In this document: positions 1 through 13,255 of the stretch, piece after piece
How the letters are laid out: the number at the start of each line of letters is the position of its first letter
Position numbering within the stretch: position 1 is the stretch's first letter
Assembly (NCBI GenBank): GCA_037379345.1
Contig: CM074524.1
Span: forward strand, 24,424,750 to 24,488,749
Length of the DNA stretch: 64,000 bases
From: Perna viridis
Lineage: Eukaryota
Direction: 5' to 3'
Notes under the pieces: model-generated
What the model was told of the DNA's origin: nothing
What the model saw: only the letters and a program-made list of their open reading frames with translations
The model's database searches: none
Made by a program: the position numbers and the translations under genes

Positions 1-840
1 TCTAAGAGTTGTCATCCATCTCACCTGACTAAGAGTATACCATTCAGTCCAGCTCTTAGGCTAAGACGCATTTGTTCAAATGATGAATCCTTAAAAAACG
101 TCTAGGTCAACTGAAGCACAATTTAAGAAGAAGGGGATATAGATACAAGCCCATCAAAGAAGGGTTCCAAAAAAATTAATAATATCCCAATTAGTAGTCT
201 GTTACAATACAAGGCAAGGAAAAATGTAAAAAAAACCCTTGAGTTCTAACATATCACCCCTGCTTTAAAAACAGCCACAACACCATTCGTGAGCACAGGG
301 CCTCTGTCGAGAGAAACTCAACATTATCCAAAGTCTTTCCCGAACCACCTATGATTGCTTTCAGACAGCCAGACAGTTTGCGTAGTCTGCTTGTGAGGGC
401 TGAAATATCTAAGCCCAACTTGACTCCGGTGAAAGTCGCTCCTGTGGTGACAAAAGTTGTGAATGTTGCAACCAAATGCACCACTCGTCATCATTCACCA
501 GCACAGTCACGGGGAAACGCTGCAATGTTTTGCAACGTGCACTGCAAGAGTGCTAATGTAATGTATTTGCTCCACTGTCCCATCTGTGGCCTTCAATATG
601 TTGGTGAATCTAAACAGCCTTTTTCACAAGCGCTTGAACGGACACAGGAGCAATCTAACAAAAAAGCCTTTACTCCCAGTGAGTCAACACTTCGGATTAC
701 CTAACCACTGCCTCGATGATTTTAACAAAACGAAAATCTTCATTGTGGAACAAAACACGATCTGGAGTGATCTACAGAGAGTGAAGCGGGAGGGATTTTG
801 GATAAAAAAAACTCCGTGTTTTACACCCACACGGAATTAA
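1..840 (+). mobile_element. Penelope-like retroelement remnant (RT thumb/linker + C-terminal GIY-YIG endonuclease), frameshifted; antisense within a peroxidase intron
   Basis: Conceptual translation across frameshifts gives SCHPSHLTKSIPFS..LRLRRICS, VLTYHP, VFPEPPMIAFRQPDSLRSLLVRA, a Cys-rich linker, then CKSANVMYLLHCPICGLQYVGESKQPFHKRLNGHRS...REGFWIK. This is the PLE thumb plus GIY-YIG layout. It runs off the left edge. Confidence 0.9.
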
Positions 841-1090
841 CAAAAAAACATTAAGTTCTTCTTATTTTGTATACTTTCTTATAATAGTGTTCGTAAATAT
901 TTTTAGTTTTATAATTCAGTATTCAAGATCAACACACAATGTATGTCTATAACACAATGTTCAAGATCTTTGTTACTGTCGATAAAATTTTATACGTCAC
1001 AGGTATTCACAATCATTGTCTCTCTTTTCTGAAAATTATACTGATCGAAAAAATAACGAAATGACAAGGAAGACTAGATCTAGTAAATTC

Positions 1091-1124
<34 letters not shown>

Positions 1125-1528
1125 CATCCTAGCGGCTTGCTGTGATATTGTAATATAAATTCTATATATCAGTAAAGCTTCAATTTATCCGCATTATTGC
1201 TTTAGTTTTAATTTTTTTTAATTTGGCAGTTCGTTCTTTTATTTTTTTGGTCGCAAATGACACATAAATAAGCTTTAGATTGGAAACAGATACAATTAGG
1301 AACCTGGTGAGCGGTTATTATTCGTGAAAGTAAAACAACTGAGGAGTTTGGAATGGTGAAAAACATAAGTTTTAAACGTTTGATCTATCAATCGTTATTA
1401 TGTCAGGTCGGCTAGAAAAAAATGTGTTTTTATGTCTCTGGAGCTTTTTGATTGCTTTTATTTGTTGCTGATATTAATTTGATTTTTGTAGGAATGAGGG
1501 TGGAGGGTTTTTTGTTATATTGTGTTAC

Positions 1529-4500
1529 CTTCAGTAAATGCGATGTGGTAATCATTTGTTTCGTACCAATATCGATCTCCCTCTTTCAGCGATGCGAATT
1601 GTTTTGCTATTAAACATGAAAAGGTTGGTCCAACAGATCCACGATTACCACATTCTAGAAGGCCTCCGACAAACAAGTCGACGTCTTCGATACTCCTGAA
1701 ACACGGAAAATAGGCTTGCTTAAACTTTAATTCAAATTCAACTGTTCAATTATAAATATGGACTCATACATGTATGTATGAGAGGATTCGAATAACATCA
1801 AAATTTCTAATTATTAATAAACATAGAAAAGGGAAAAATTACACCTAAATTTATGATGGAGTATTTTTGTTTTATTTGGATTCGTAATCGAGTCTTACCT
1901 TTACTTATATGTTGATCGTTTGGTTTTAGGGAGCATATTTATACAATGCATACCTGTGAAGGTATGGTATTCGGGATTACCGATTTAACTGGTGACCAGT
2001 TACTTATCGAGCTCTAATTTTAACATGGGAGCCTTAGTTTGGCTGTACCTTCAGAAACATGTACATGATTTTATTAACTGATATTTGTATAATCAAAATA
2101 TTAAACATGGAGCATACCTATAAAGTTTTCTTAGTTTGCGTTCAGCAGGATATCCGAACTGACGAAATCGTCTGAATGGTTTTAGACCACAAAAACGGCG
2201 CCATTTGTTGAAGCCCGGAATACCTTGGTCCCTTCCTCGGTTAATGTTTGTTGCATATAGATCTGCTCCAGGTGGTTTGTTTTTAAAGAAAAGCTTACTT
2301 CTGATTCCCTCTACTACAGTACTAGAAAAGATTTTGATTACATAGGAGAAGAGGTCAAGAAAGGTCAAAGTTATTTGTTATATGTTGAAGAACTGTCCTG
2401 TTGTTTAGGTTCATGTATCCAACAATCGGAATATTGACTACCTCCCAGAACCCGCTCTGTGACTGCTTTTAAAGTACAAATAATCACTTTCGAATTACGT
2501 ACGTCATTTCTGAAATCTATACGTGTTTAAGACCACTCATCAAAATAAAGCAAACCTCGTTCCGATAATTAAATGGTAGCTAGTACAAAGTTTAACTTAA
2601 GGCAGTTTTAATATCGATGAAAATTTGTCCTAACAAATAGCAATGAAATAGTTCTTAAAGAATGTAACTAATGTCTGAATATATTATCTTGTATACAGAT
2701 CTTAGGTTCGATTTACACAGAATAAACCGCGAAGTGTATATGTTATGCAGAAATCGAACCAGAGTTCTTTATACAAGATAATTAATTCAGGTGTTAGTTA
2801 TTTTTTATATAATTTGGTAAATTCATACATGTATTAATTTATTCCAATACACGCTTTTTTTCATACAGATTTTGTCATTGGTAAAAAATAGTCCGGTTAA
2901 AAGGGGCATGGTTTAAAGTTCATGACCTTGTTTATTGGTTGTTTAGTGATTGGAAATTTTGTAAGCAAGATAAAATAAAAACGAAGACATTATTTCATAC
3001 AGTTAAAATGATCATATTAAACTATTGTGCATTGGATCTGGTTAGGTGTACAAGGTCTTTGAATAGCAGTACTGACATCATCGTTTGACTCAAATAAGAC
3101 TACATGTATATTGTAAAATATTGTAAATGTATTCGTTTGACTCTTTGGAGACCAAAAGAGGGACAAATTAAAGCAAATAATGTCGATGCTCTTAATTCAT
3201 GTTTAATGAAACATGGATAAAGAAGTATGGCTGTCAAACATTCATTTGCTGAAGGCTTAGAGAAATTTAGACGGAAACAAATGAACAGAATCACGAATAT
3301 TACACTGCAAGTGTTTATATGTATAGCAAAACAACATTTTCATTTATGCCTGATTAATGTAAAATAAACTCAAATTATTTCAAGCCATGGTTTAAAATAA
3401 CATTTGTGAGGCCATCAATGGTATGTTCGAGTGGTACGTTATCTTGCAAAGTGTTTTGCATGTTTTTTACAATAACTGATCAATGAATTGTATGATTTTG
3501 CAATAATAGATATTCGGTGATTTAATAGATACTTTTTGGTAAATTGTGCAGTTGGTCATCAAATTTTCCCAAACAACACATTTAAACATGAAATTTTTGA
3601 AAGTCTGTGCGGTGAAAATTTAAGAACCCGGGAATTTTGTGCGAATTAAAGTAGAGTTTTCCTAATGTGGTGTATATGCAAACACTTAAACATGTCAAAG
3701 TAAATAAATTTTGATTTTGAAAATATATACCTGTCAATTCTGCAAGCTTTTGATGTCGCTAAAAATCTAGATAGTCCTTCATTCTTCTTTCCACAATTGT
3801 CTTGATATAATGAAGGATCAAAAAATTGGTCCTCTAAAAGATGAACCTTTTTGGTTTTAAAATCAGATTCAAGTTCGGACTGTTCTGGCACGATCTGAGA
3901 ATGACCATAACGGAAGGCAGCTGCACCGAATACGTTCCGTACGCTAGGATTGACGGTATCGTCATAGACGTTCTCATAACCTCGCTTCTTTGAATATAAA
4001 CCGTATCTGCGCATTGTGTGCCAGTCTAACGTCAGCGGAAGAAAATGGTTATATGTTATATGTTGCATTTGGGCAATGATAATTCGTCGTGTTTCTTGAA
4101 ATACTTTTTCGTTGCTCCAGTGTGGATTTATTTTATGGAGTTCGGTCGATATGTAGTTATGCTCCCGAAGGTAACAATGATGATTAAGGGTCAGATTTGG
4201 AACTTCTTGTGCCCTTGGATCTCCTACAATTAACAAAGTTTTTGAGTCCATAAAAGTGAAAAATGTCTTCTCCATTTTCGGAATATCTAAGATTTAGTTT
4301 CGACATGTTTTATGGTATTATTGAGACTTTAGTTAAAACGTGAACTTTACTGATATATACAGCTTTAATTGATGACTGGATGCTTTTATGCTTCACTGTG
4401 TAGTAGGACTTTTTTCTCCGCCTTCCACTGTCTTTTTTATTTGTGTAATAGGTTTTGTATGCATTTAACGCTGACGTCCTCATTTTTCGAGTTTTCTGTC

Positions 4501-7500
4501 AACTACAAATGTCGAAGGGAATATTTCAAAATCATTGATAGCTGTCCAAAAAAAATGTGCTATATCGCTTGAGCTACCATATTTCATTCAATATCACTAT
4601 ACTTACCACCAAAGGGACACTTATTCGTTTTAAAACATCCCTTTTCTTTTGTCGGCAACAAGTTACATGCAGTAGTCTTCAATAAGTCTATAAAAACAAT
4701 TATAGAAAAGAAATGAAACACCTTGAAAAAAGAACAAAGACACACACACACACACACACACACACATTCGAATGCACGAACAAATAAACTTATAAGAGTA
4801 AGTGTTTGAACTGAAAGGAGCCAGTAAAGCATTTCTAGTACCATCGGTGTTCAGAACGAACAAGTATTTCAATTGCAAAAAATAAAATGACAAAATACCG
4901 ACAATAAACATTTTATACTCATAATTTGCTTGGGGTACGCATGAGATCCACAATCACTACTTTCAATAGTTAAACAGCGAGTCAGACACTCTCCCTCAAA
5001 ACAATGGCGGACACTGACCGGTGCATAGAAACAAGTAATTTTTTTTTCAAAAAGCATCTGCCAAATACTATCAGATCAGGTATAAAAGTGAAGAAGGAAG
5101 AAAAAGATGAATGTAAAACCTAGAATATTGTACACTTAATAAATGTCACAATTGCATAAGCCAGCAATAAAACACCAGAACCACTTGCACTGTCAGCCGA
5201 TGCAACCCGTAGCCCAACTTAGAGCTCCTTGCATTTAAATCCCTTTGATTCAATCTTTCCAAGACAGTTCAGGTTCAAGTAAAGATTTTTTTTTTCAATT
5301 CAATGCTACAGAGCCTAAATCGCGCACCTAGAAACATCTGTACGCATTTGATTAAACTAAAATGATTTGTAAACCATGTTATGATGATTATCTCATTCAC
5401 TTTTTCCCTGCGCATTCTGTATGTTTTTGAGTAGTATCGAAAATGGAAGTTGCATCCCATGTTTTATTACTTCTAAATGAAAGGTAAAAAGAACAAAACT
5501 ATTCTGCGTCTTTTTTAAAGATACTGTTTGTTTTATATCATTTACGTACATACAGCTTCAACCCAATTACGATTTTTTGTTTGTCTACACTTCATTTTTA
5601 TTATTTAAAATAAAAGTATGAAAAGCAAAACATAAACGTTATTCTATCCTTTCAACATAATAACTTTTAATGTTGAACATTTATATAAAAATACAATTGA
5701 ACTACAACTTCAAATACATTTCCGTTTCTGCTTTCTCCATGCTTCAAATACATATCGACAATGGTTTCATCCGAATCAAGGACTGTAACAAATCAACAAG
5801 TTTGTCAAGTAAATCATAACACCTATGCACATATATATGCGGTAATACTCACAATGTTTATTAACTCTAACTTTTGATTCTGTTTCTGAGTCAGAACCAT
5901 AAACATGTGAAGCATCTATGAAAGCGGTAATTTTGTTGATATTTTCACGATAACCTGCAAAATAGTTCAATATAAGGTTACATTTTGTGATATTTAAGCA
6001 GTTGATAATATTGAATTTCCCTTAAGGACCATGATCATTATACTTTGTCAACAAAGTTTTGTTGTCTAAATGGGAAATGTTCCTAATGTAAAATCCCTGG
6101 ATACCTAAAATGGTAGTTTTATGTTATAAAGAATACTAGTACCACATACCTCGGTGTCTGTTGTCTGGGGCTTTTGCTGATCTTACAAAATTCAAGCAGC
6201 CATGTGGAAGACTGTCATGAGCCGGGGCTGACATGGGAAAACATACATCAATGCTGAAAAGGATGGCAGATAAATTCTTTCTTGTTATGAATATAAACAT
6301 AAACAGCCTATGTTGGTAATCAAAGATCATGAAATTGTATTGTCTCTACTCTATTGTTGTTGCTGTTCCTTTGATTTTTTTTTAAGTGTATTTCTTTTTA
6401 TGCAAGTTTCTTTTAGATTTTCTAAATTCAAAATCGAAGAAAGGCCAATTTCAGTTAAATACTACATTGTTCTCATTTTCATTGTTCTACAAAATCATGT
6501 ATTACCGGTAATTATGTGAGATAGGACATATATTTCCTCATTGGCAAACCGCAATTTCTTGAAAATGGTAAGACTTCAAAGAAATTAATCAATTTGCTGA
6601 ATTAGATTGATTGATTGATTATTGGGGCTTAACGCCCGAGCAGCAATATTTCAGCTATTTTTAGGCGATGAACGTGAAAGTGATGATAAAATGAACATGA
6701 AATGATGATGATGAAATGAAAAATAGGGATGGGACACAAGGATGATAGGGTCGTTATATTTTGATTGCCACTGGACATAGGGGGAGGTGGGTAGGGTCGG
6801 GCAATTTAGCAGCCTCCTGTGGCGGAGCGCAAAGGTTCCTACTCCTATCGAATACCACATCAGGGTTCTTTAACGTGCGAGGAACGTGGCATTTTTCCCA
6901 ACACGGTGCACGACTATGGTTTGCTGTTATGTTTTCCGTATTAAAGCCTGACAACCCCAGCATGTAACACGCCAGGGTTACCCCATTCAACCACCTGGGA
7001 CACACATCCCAGTTGCTCTGTGGGCAGAGCGCCTAGCCCCCGGCTAGGTTTCTGAGCAATATTTAGTCGCCATTTACGACAAGCTTAGCGCTGCTGCAGG
7101 CCTATTCTTTTAACATCTGGACCTGCACGGGGCTGCTGAATTAGAAGCCGCCACATTCAATAATTATTTTAATTTTTTTATGTTATTAATATTTAGAGTC
7201 TGACCTTTACATTCTTTTGATTTCCGATAGAATTTTGGTTCCCTTGATTACTCTTTGAAATAGTTTCGTCGTTTTCTTTTGCTTTTAATTGGTGTACAGT
7301 TTGGTTTGTTTTTGATGTATGCTTATTTTATTCTGTTTATTTCATATTTGTAAATTCATTTTAATGTGGATGAATAAAATACAAAAAAAATATTGTTATA
7401 AAACGTCAAGCTAAAATATCAATGATTAAAATCTAAAGTTTAACTTACTTAGAGCTATTTTTGTCTTTACGATTGCAACAGTCAATGTCTGCAAGAACAT

Positions 7501-10500
7501 GAAGTAAAATGCGAAACCAATAAAACCACTGCCTCACATGTAGTCTTGACGTTTAAGAAAAACTACTGTGTTGCATTTTTTTCGACCCAATATAAATTTG
7601 GCTGGTTCTTGTACTTTTTTGTTTTTTTAACGGATTGGATTTAAAAGGATTTGTAAGATATTCCAATTTGATTGCAGTATGTAAGTTTCATGAATGTGTA
7701 TTATTCAATTGGGATATACTAGTAGTACTTTTGTTCAACATTTAGTACAGGAAATATTGGTCTACAATCAGACTAACATGGCGATGGATCGTAACAGATG
7801 CAGAGCATTACAAAAAAAGAAATAAATGAATAAACATTTTAAAATGTTCAACGTTACCAAAATATACTGTTAAAATAAACATTATTCATTCCTTGTAATG
7901 CACATTGTGGAACCTCTCGTTGTGTGGGTTTTATATCTGTAACTTCATTTTATACAATGAAAATAAGAGCGTTATATTCTAAATGGATATAGCTAATCAT
8001 TTAACTTGTAAACATGACATGCGCACGTGCATTAAAAGTAATTGTTCGACGCATAGAAAATAAAATAAAATTAGTACAAACTTTTACGTTTTATTCCTAC
8101 ATAAAAGCTTCGGCCTTGTACAAGCTGTATAGCCACTACGAGACATGTTTACACGTCTGTACATTTGCTATCGTTTTGTAATTTACCTGCAGAAACCATG
8201 GGTGTTAAAACAATGTCATGTGACAGAAATTGACCCCAAGCCATATGTTGTGCTGTCCTTTTGTAATCGAATATGTCGTGGCCGTGTGCATTACTAAGTT
8301 GATTGCTTATTATTCTCGGATTTGGAAGTTGATGATATCCTCGAGGCACGTTACAATCTGAATTTTAAAAAGCAAAACCACTAAGAGATTTTCTACGAAC
8401 TTTGTCACTAAAAATTTACATACAGTTTCTTGTAATACTATGTGGTGAAGCCGTATTATGTACGTTTCTCATTCAATATCAATTGACTCAGAGCATGAGT
8501 ACCTTGATTTGACGTGCAAAGGATGGGGCGTGCTTTTTTATAGGTTTTATCTTTTAACTACGTGGATCTTCTTCAGTCTTTCTACAATGTGAACTAATTG
8601 AGATCTTTTAAAGAGTGCTTAGTATCGTCTGTCTCTCCTTTCAGAACATCTGCGGAGAAATAAAACATAAAACGAAAAATAATACTTTAAGATGGTTTTC
8701 GATAGTATTATGTCACTATAAAATATTTGATATTCAACTACGATATATACTTTACCATCATCAAACTCCACCATTGGCCGACCACGTTTGTCCTTAAATC
8801 TTGTTTGAGGTGTTCCGGTCTGTCCCCATTCCGGATGATTCAAGTTGTTACAGTGTCCGTTTATAGTTCGGTATTTTTCATTTATATATTGTCCACACCT
8901 GCGATGGTGCCAACAGTGTACTAGAATATAATCGCAGAATATATGTACAGTTTACATAATTGGACTAATCATTTAATTTTGAACGTAAATCAAACGGAAA
9001 CAAGAAGTCACTTATGGAGAGGATCATAACCATTTGCCCATGAATCAATTGTTATAATCACATAATCATCCATTACATGTACTTCCTTAGTAATTACATA
9101 AAGCTCTAGATGATCAAATAATTATAAAGCGTTTTGTAAAGTAATCACATAGTACCTACAACAACAGTAAAGTAGTCATTAATCAAATTCTACATGTAAC
9201 CCCATATGAATGAGTCATCAAAGGAGCCAAGAATCTAGCGGAAATCAAAAGAACATAACACAGGGACAAAGGCTAGACATGGAAAACAGACACACACAAC
9301 AAAGAACATAAAATAATGCATACATGCTAACAAAAGTAAATGAGCAACTCGAACTAAGTACAGGGTAGACGGTAGAGGATAAGCTAGCCATTGTTATTAA
9401 TATAAAAAAGAGAAATGAACGTGTTGATAAGAAAAACAAGGGACTACAAAACTGAGATTTTGTGAAATCAATCAACGAGCAGCGTATATCATGATTTTGT
9501 AAATAGTCAAGATACTTATGGCCAAGACTTTTTATGTATATTTGTATCAGAAAATGCAAAGAAAAAGATTGGATATGCCGTGGGCTTCTTAATTTGTACA
9601 TGATCAAAGGACGGAAAGTTCATTAAACAAATGGCAACATAAAGACAAAATCCACAAAGTTGGAAACAGACGCAATGGTTCTTACTCAGTACAAATAAAT
9701 TCTATGGAAACATTATTTCTCCCGCTTCCATTACTGTAACTAATAAATAAAGGCGTTGTATTGCAATTGAAACAGGCAGCACAAAATCCTACCGGCCAGT
9801 AGTCAAAAAGGACACAAGATTTATTGATGAAATCATGGGTATACGTATGTAAGCGAAATGCTTTGAAAGATCAATCGAACTTACAGCAATGTATTTATTA
9901 CTAACCCAAGGCATTCAACAATTTTCGACTTGCATTGTGACAGCCTAAACCATCTCTGAATGCTAAACATATGGTGAAATTGCATTAATACAAATATGAG
10001 GAATGAACGACACGCACTTAAATCTTAGAAGTACAGGACCAGACAGACAGTGACACTGTCTTGTCTCTTGTTTACCTTTTCAAAAGTAATCAAGGTTATA
10101 GCGGCAATCAAAAGAACGCAATCCAGGGACAAAGGCAAGACATGGAAAACAGACATAGACAACAAAGAACATTGTTTTGCCAATGTTTTATTGACTAACA
10201 ATAGAGTTTTATCCTAATTATGATAAACAATTCCAGTACAATACAATATACAAAAGTGCGCCAATACGTGATTTAGCCGACGTCTATAATACGATTTTTA
10301 CCCGTCCAATACATCATATTGGCCTGGTTAAAATCCGTATTACCCTGGGCCAATATGCCTATTGGACTAATTAGTCAAAAAGGTATAATATCGCTCACAT
10401 GAAATAATTTCTAAGTGAAAGGTTACTGTGTTGGTCATATTGATATGCTTAACGTTAAATGTCTTTTAAGTATAAATACATTTATGGGCTTCAAAGGTTA

Positions 10501-11218
10501 TTGTATTAAAATATACATACACATTGGAAACAACCTGTATAAAACGAACCCTGCATAATCCCAAAACCTGACTAAACCAGACAATTTTAAAGCCTATTAC
10601 ATTAATGTATTTTGAACCTTTGTGAATTGAACTCTGTCTTAAGCAAACCAATTTCAAAGTCCAAAATGGGTTTAGTTAAGACATATTTCTCTATACAGTT
10701 TTAGCAAAATGCACTGCACTTTTCTGAAGGAGAACACATTAACGCATATGGCGAGTGAGAAAAAGAAGTAACCGTAACGAAAAGACATTCAAAAACTGCT
10801 AATCAAAAAATGTAGATGTTCAAAGTCTACAGTTTATGTAGCAATAAGGCCTAAAAAAACTGATCAATTTACAGTAACAGTTGACTTGGGAACATATTTT
10901 GTTTATTTTTAAATTATTCTTTCATACATCATAGTTGTTTAAGCCATATCACTTGTTATTTTCAAAACAACGCAAAGGTTACAAAAATAGCACGAAAATT
11001 GTCCAAGGCCTGTTTTCGTTTAGAATCGCATATTAAAGGTTTCCTAAAAGAGGATTTAAAAAAAATTGAGATTGTTTATCAAACCTATGCCAGAGTGTAT
11101 ATAATTATCCTTTAAAACTAAAATGAAAGTATCGATACTTGCACAAATGTAAAGACTTACCACATATTAAAAAGGTAATATAGATGATACAAATGGGGAG
11201 AAATTCATATTTCATCAT
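1529..11218 (-). CDS. Secreted animal heme peroxidase (peroxidase-cyclooxygenase superfamily, chorion peroxidase/peroxinectin-like); 3'-partial
   Basis: Phase-consistent GT-AG exons: 11161-11218, 8756-8920, 8187-8357, 7449-7488, 6150-6253, 5853-5954, 4607-4687, 3731-4223, 2118-2321, 1529-1695. Motifs: signal peptide MMKYEFLPICIIYITFLICVHC; YRTINGHCNN; WGQFLSHDI (distal His); TAFIDASHVYGS; GDPRAQE; FRYGHS (proximal His); DLYATNINRGRDQG; DVDLFVGG; GPTFSCLI..QF..LKEGDRYWYE. The terminal exon(s) lie left of position 1. Confidence 0.95.
4740..4766. repeat. (CA)n microsatellite
   Basis: Run of about 13 CA units. A second (CA)n is at ~15267-15288 and a ~30-nt poly-T tract at 1092-1121. Confidence 0.95.
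6605..7135 (-). mobile_element. SINE-like non-autonomous retroelement with (AATC)n tail
   Basis: GC-rich ~520-bp island in an AT-rich intron. On the minus strand it ends in GCGTTAAGCCCCAAT(AATC)n, contains the SINE central-domain-like word GCACGTTAAAGAACCC, and has CTTGTCGTAAATGGCGACTAA near the 5' end, resembling invertebrate RTE/SINE 5' ends. Confidence 0.65.
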
Positions 11219-11265
11219 CCTTTTCATAAGTCCATTTAATTAAAACGCTATACCATTGGCAACAG

Positions 11266-11299
11266 AACTGACTTAAAATCCTCAGTTTTATTATTTATA
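11266..11299 (-). promoter_or_regulatory. TATA box + initiator core promoter of the peroxidase gene
   Basis: Minus-strand TATAAATA (11299-11292) starts exactly 30 nt before the A of an invertebrate-type Inr TCAGTT (11271-11266), about 50 nt upstream of the ATG. Confidence 0.7.
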
Positions 11300-11725
11300 C
11301 ATCTGTATAACCACTGTTTAACCTATTATTTTTCATAATTTTTGTATCTAGTTCAAATTAATTTATACGCATATTTTAATTAACATGGCATTTGCATGTA
11401 TCGAGTAATTTATTTTTTGCACCTGTTGTCAAACGAACTCCTTGTAGGCGCTTCGTGTACTAAAATGTAAAAATATTAAATTATACGAACTTCATATATC
11501 ATATTGCATATGATGTGTAGAATTGGATCTTTCTAAAATATATTTGAGGCCGTCCCTAAAATCAGATACACGTGTTGATGCAGTCTCTTTGAAAACATTC
11601 AATAGCAAGTTTTTTTTCTTCCTTCTCGTGTTTTAGTCTATTCCTAACCTAGAAACAGTTATAAGCCGTATAACCAGCGAGGTTTATCATTCGGTTGTTG
11701 TAGTTTTAATTAAACAGAGATAAAT

Positions 11726-12112
11726 TAATTGTGTATGAAACTGACACTCACTGAAAGTTATCTCACTTAATTGTGTATGAAGCTGACACTCAATGAAGGT
11801 TATCTTACTTAATTGTGTATTAAACTGACACTCACTGAAAGTTTACGTATCTCACTTGATTGTGTGTGAAACTGACACTCAATGAAAGTTATCTCACTTG
11901 ATTGTGCATGAAACTGACACTCAATGAAAGTGATCTCTCTTGATTGTGTATAAAACTGACACTTAATGAAAGTAATCTCACTTGATTGCGTATGAAATTG
12001 ACACTCTATGAAAGTTATCTCACTTGATTCTGTATGAAACTGACGCTCAATGAAAGTTATATTCCTTGATTGTGTATGAAACTGACACTCTGTGAAAGTT
12101 ATCTTACTTGAT
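11726..12112. repeat. 42-bp minisatellite, ~9 copies
   Basis: Unit ATTGTGTATGAAACTGACACTCAATGAAAGTTATCTCACTTG repeated head to tail with few substitutions. Confidence 0.95.
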
Positions 12113-12334
12113 TTGATTCATATAAATGAGAGATGTGTGCAACTTAAGTTTGTTTTTTTCCAAAGTACACGTTTCTATGCGTAAATAGAATATTCATGGA
12201 TTTGTAGTTAAATGAATGCTTAGTAGTTATCAAATAGATTGCAAAAAAAGACCATTATCGTAAAGGTATTTTTATACAAGTCGCTTATGGCCGCCATCTT
12301 CTTCTGATTTAACCTAATTGTACTTAATATTTAA

Positions 12335-12668
12335 GTGTCAGTCTCTGTAAGAATCAGACAGTGGGTGAAACATAGTATGACAGACCTCAACATTTTGAAA
12401 GTTTAATTTGACTACAAATGTATTTGCACTATCAGAATCAAGGAAAAAAGACAATATTTTCCATATCATGTTGGTAAATTGAGTTTTAATTTCGTTACAA
12501 TTTTTCCAACATTCTAATGAAAAAAATTCTGAGTAAAGCCAGTCATGCAGGGATTAAATAATAGCCTTTTCAAGTAGAGAAAATACCCTGGAGTGAGATT
12601 ATGTTGTTAGATCGGTGGGGTTTTGACATGCATGTTTATGTTTTTCCTATTTTGCCTGATTCTTACAA
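12335..12668. mobile_element. Short non-autonomous DNA-element family with AAGAATCAKGCA subterminal inverted motif, usually starting right after TTAA
   Basis: Related copies at ~12335-12668, 24712-24998, 29088-29285, 32905-33093, 34125-34335, 36010-36200 and 61176-61505. Complete copies show TAAGAATCA(G/T)GCA ... TGC(C/A)TGATTCTTA. Superfamily not determined. Confidence 0.6.
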
Positions 12669-13255
12669 TTAACAATCCAAAATTATAATTAGTTATTAAA
12701 TCTGAAGTAGCTGTATAACAATCGGAAGAAACTATTAATTTTATCATATCTGAATTGTGTTTTTTCCTTTCCGTCAAGTCGCCATTGTTTTGTCGCGCAT
12801 CTGTTACTAAAAAAGCAACAAAACAAAATACAGTACTTGAATGTGTTGTCAAATGACCGATCACTTCAATTAGTGTTGTTCGACAATTGTCCACGTTTAG
12901 TATATAACAAAATTATCCGATAATGTTTTAGTTCATATTAAAATTCTACTTTTTTTCAAATAAAGATCCCACAGTAAAAACTTAACTTTTAAGAAATACT
13001 ATATGGGGGCACACGCTTCATTAGTCCTGATTTGGTACAGGTATTTCAAAGTGAAAGGAAGGTTAAACCAGGGTTTTATAGTGCACTAAACCTTCCGCTT
13101 TCATTGCTTTTCGTTATTTCAGTATTTTTTAAACAAATGGGCAGTATGAATTTGCCACCAATCAATGCTGAGAACATTTGTATTTGCACTGGTGGATCAA
13201 AGATCCGAGTTAAAGATATCTCGACAATATTGTGTATTAAAACTTCGAAGGCAGT

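Noticed and set aside
7040-7135. HDV-like ribozyme suggested by hairpin + CTAA
   Set aside because: Only 17 nt lie between the candidate P1 strands, too few for P2/P3/L3, and there is no L3 consensus. Kept only as an unclassified structure.
9906-9955. Possible extra peroxidase exon
   Set aside because: Exon 1 joins 8920 directly in phase and gives a clean signal peptide. This stretch has a weak acceptor or an in-frame stop.
11726-12112. Regular repeats here and at 26660-27087 as CRISPR arrays
   Set aside because: The units are contiguous with no unique spacers, the context is eukaryotic and there are no cas genes.
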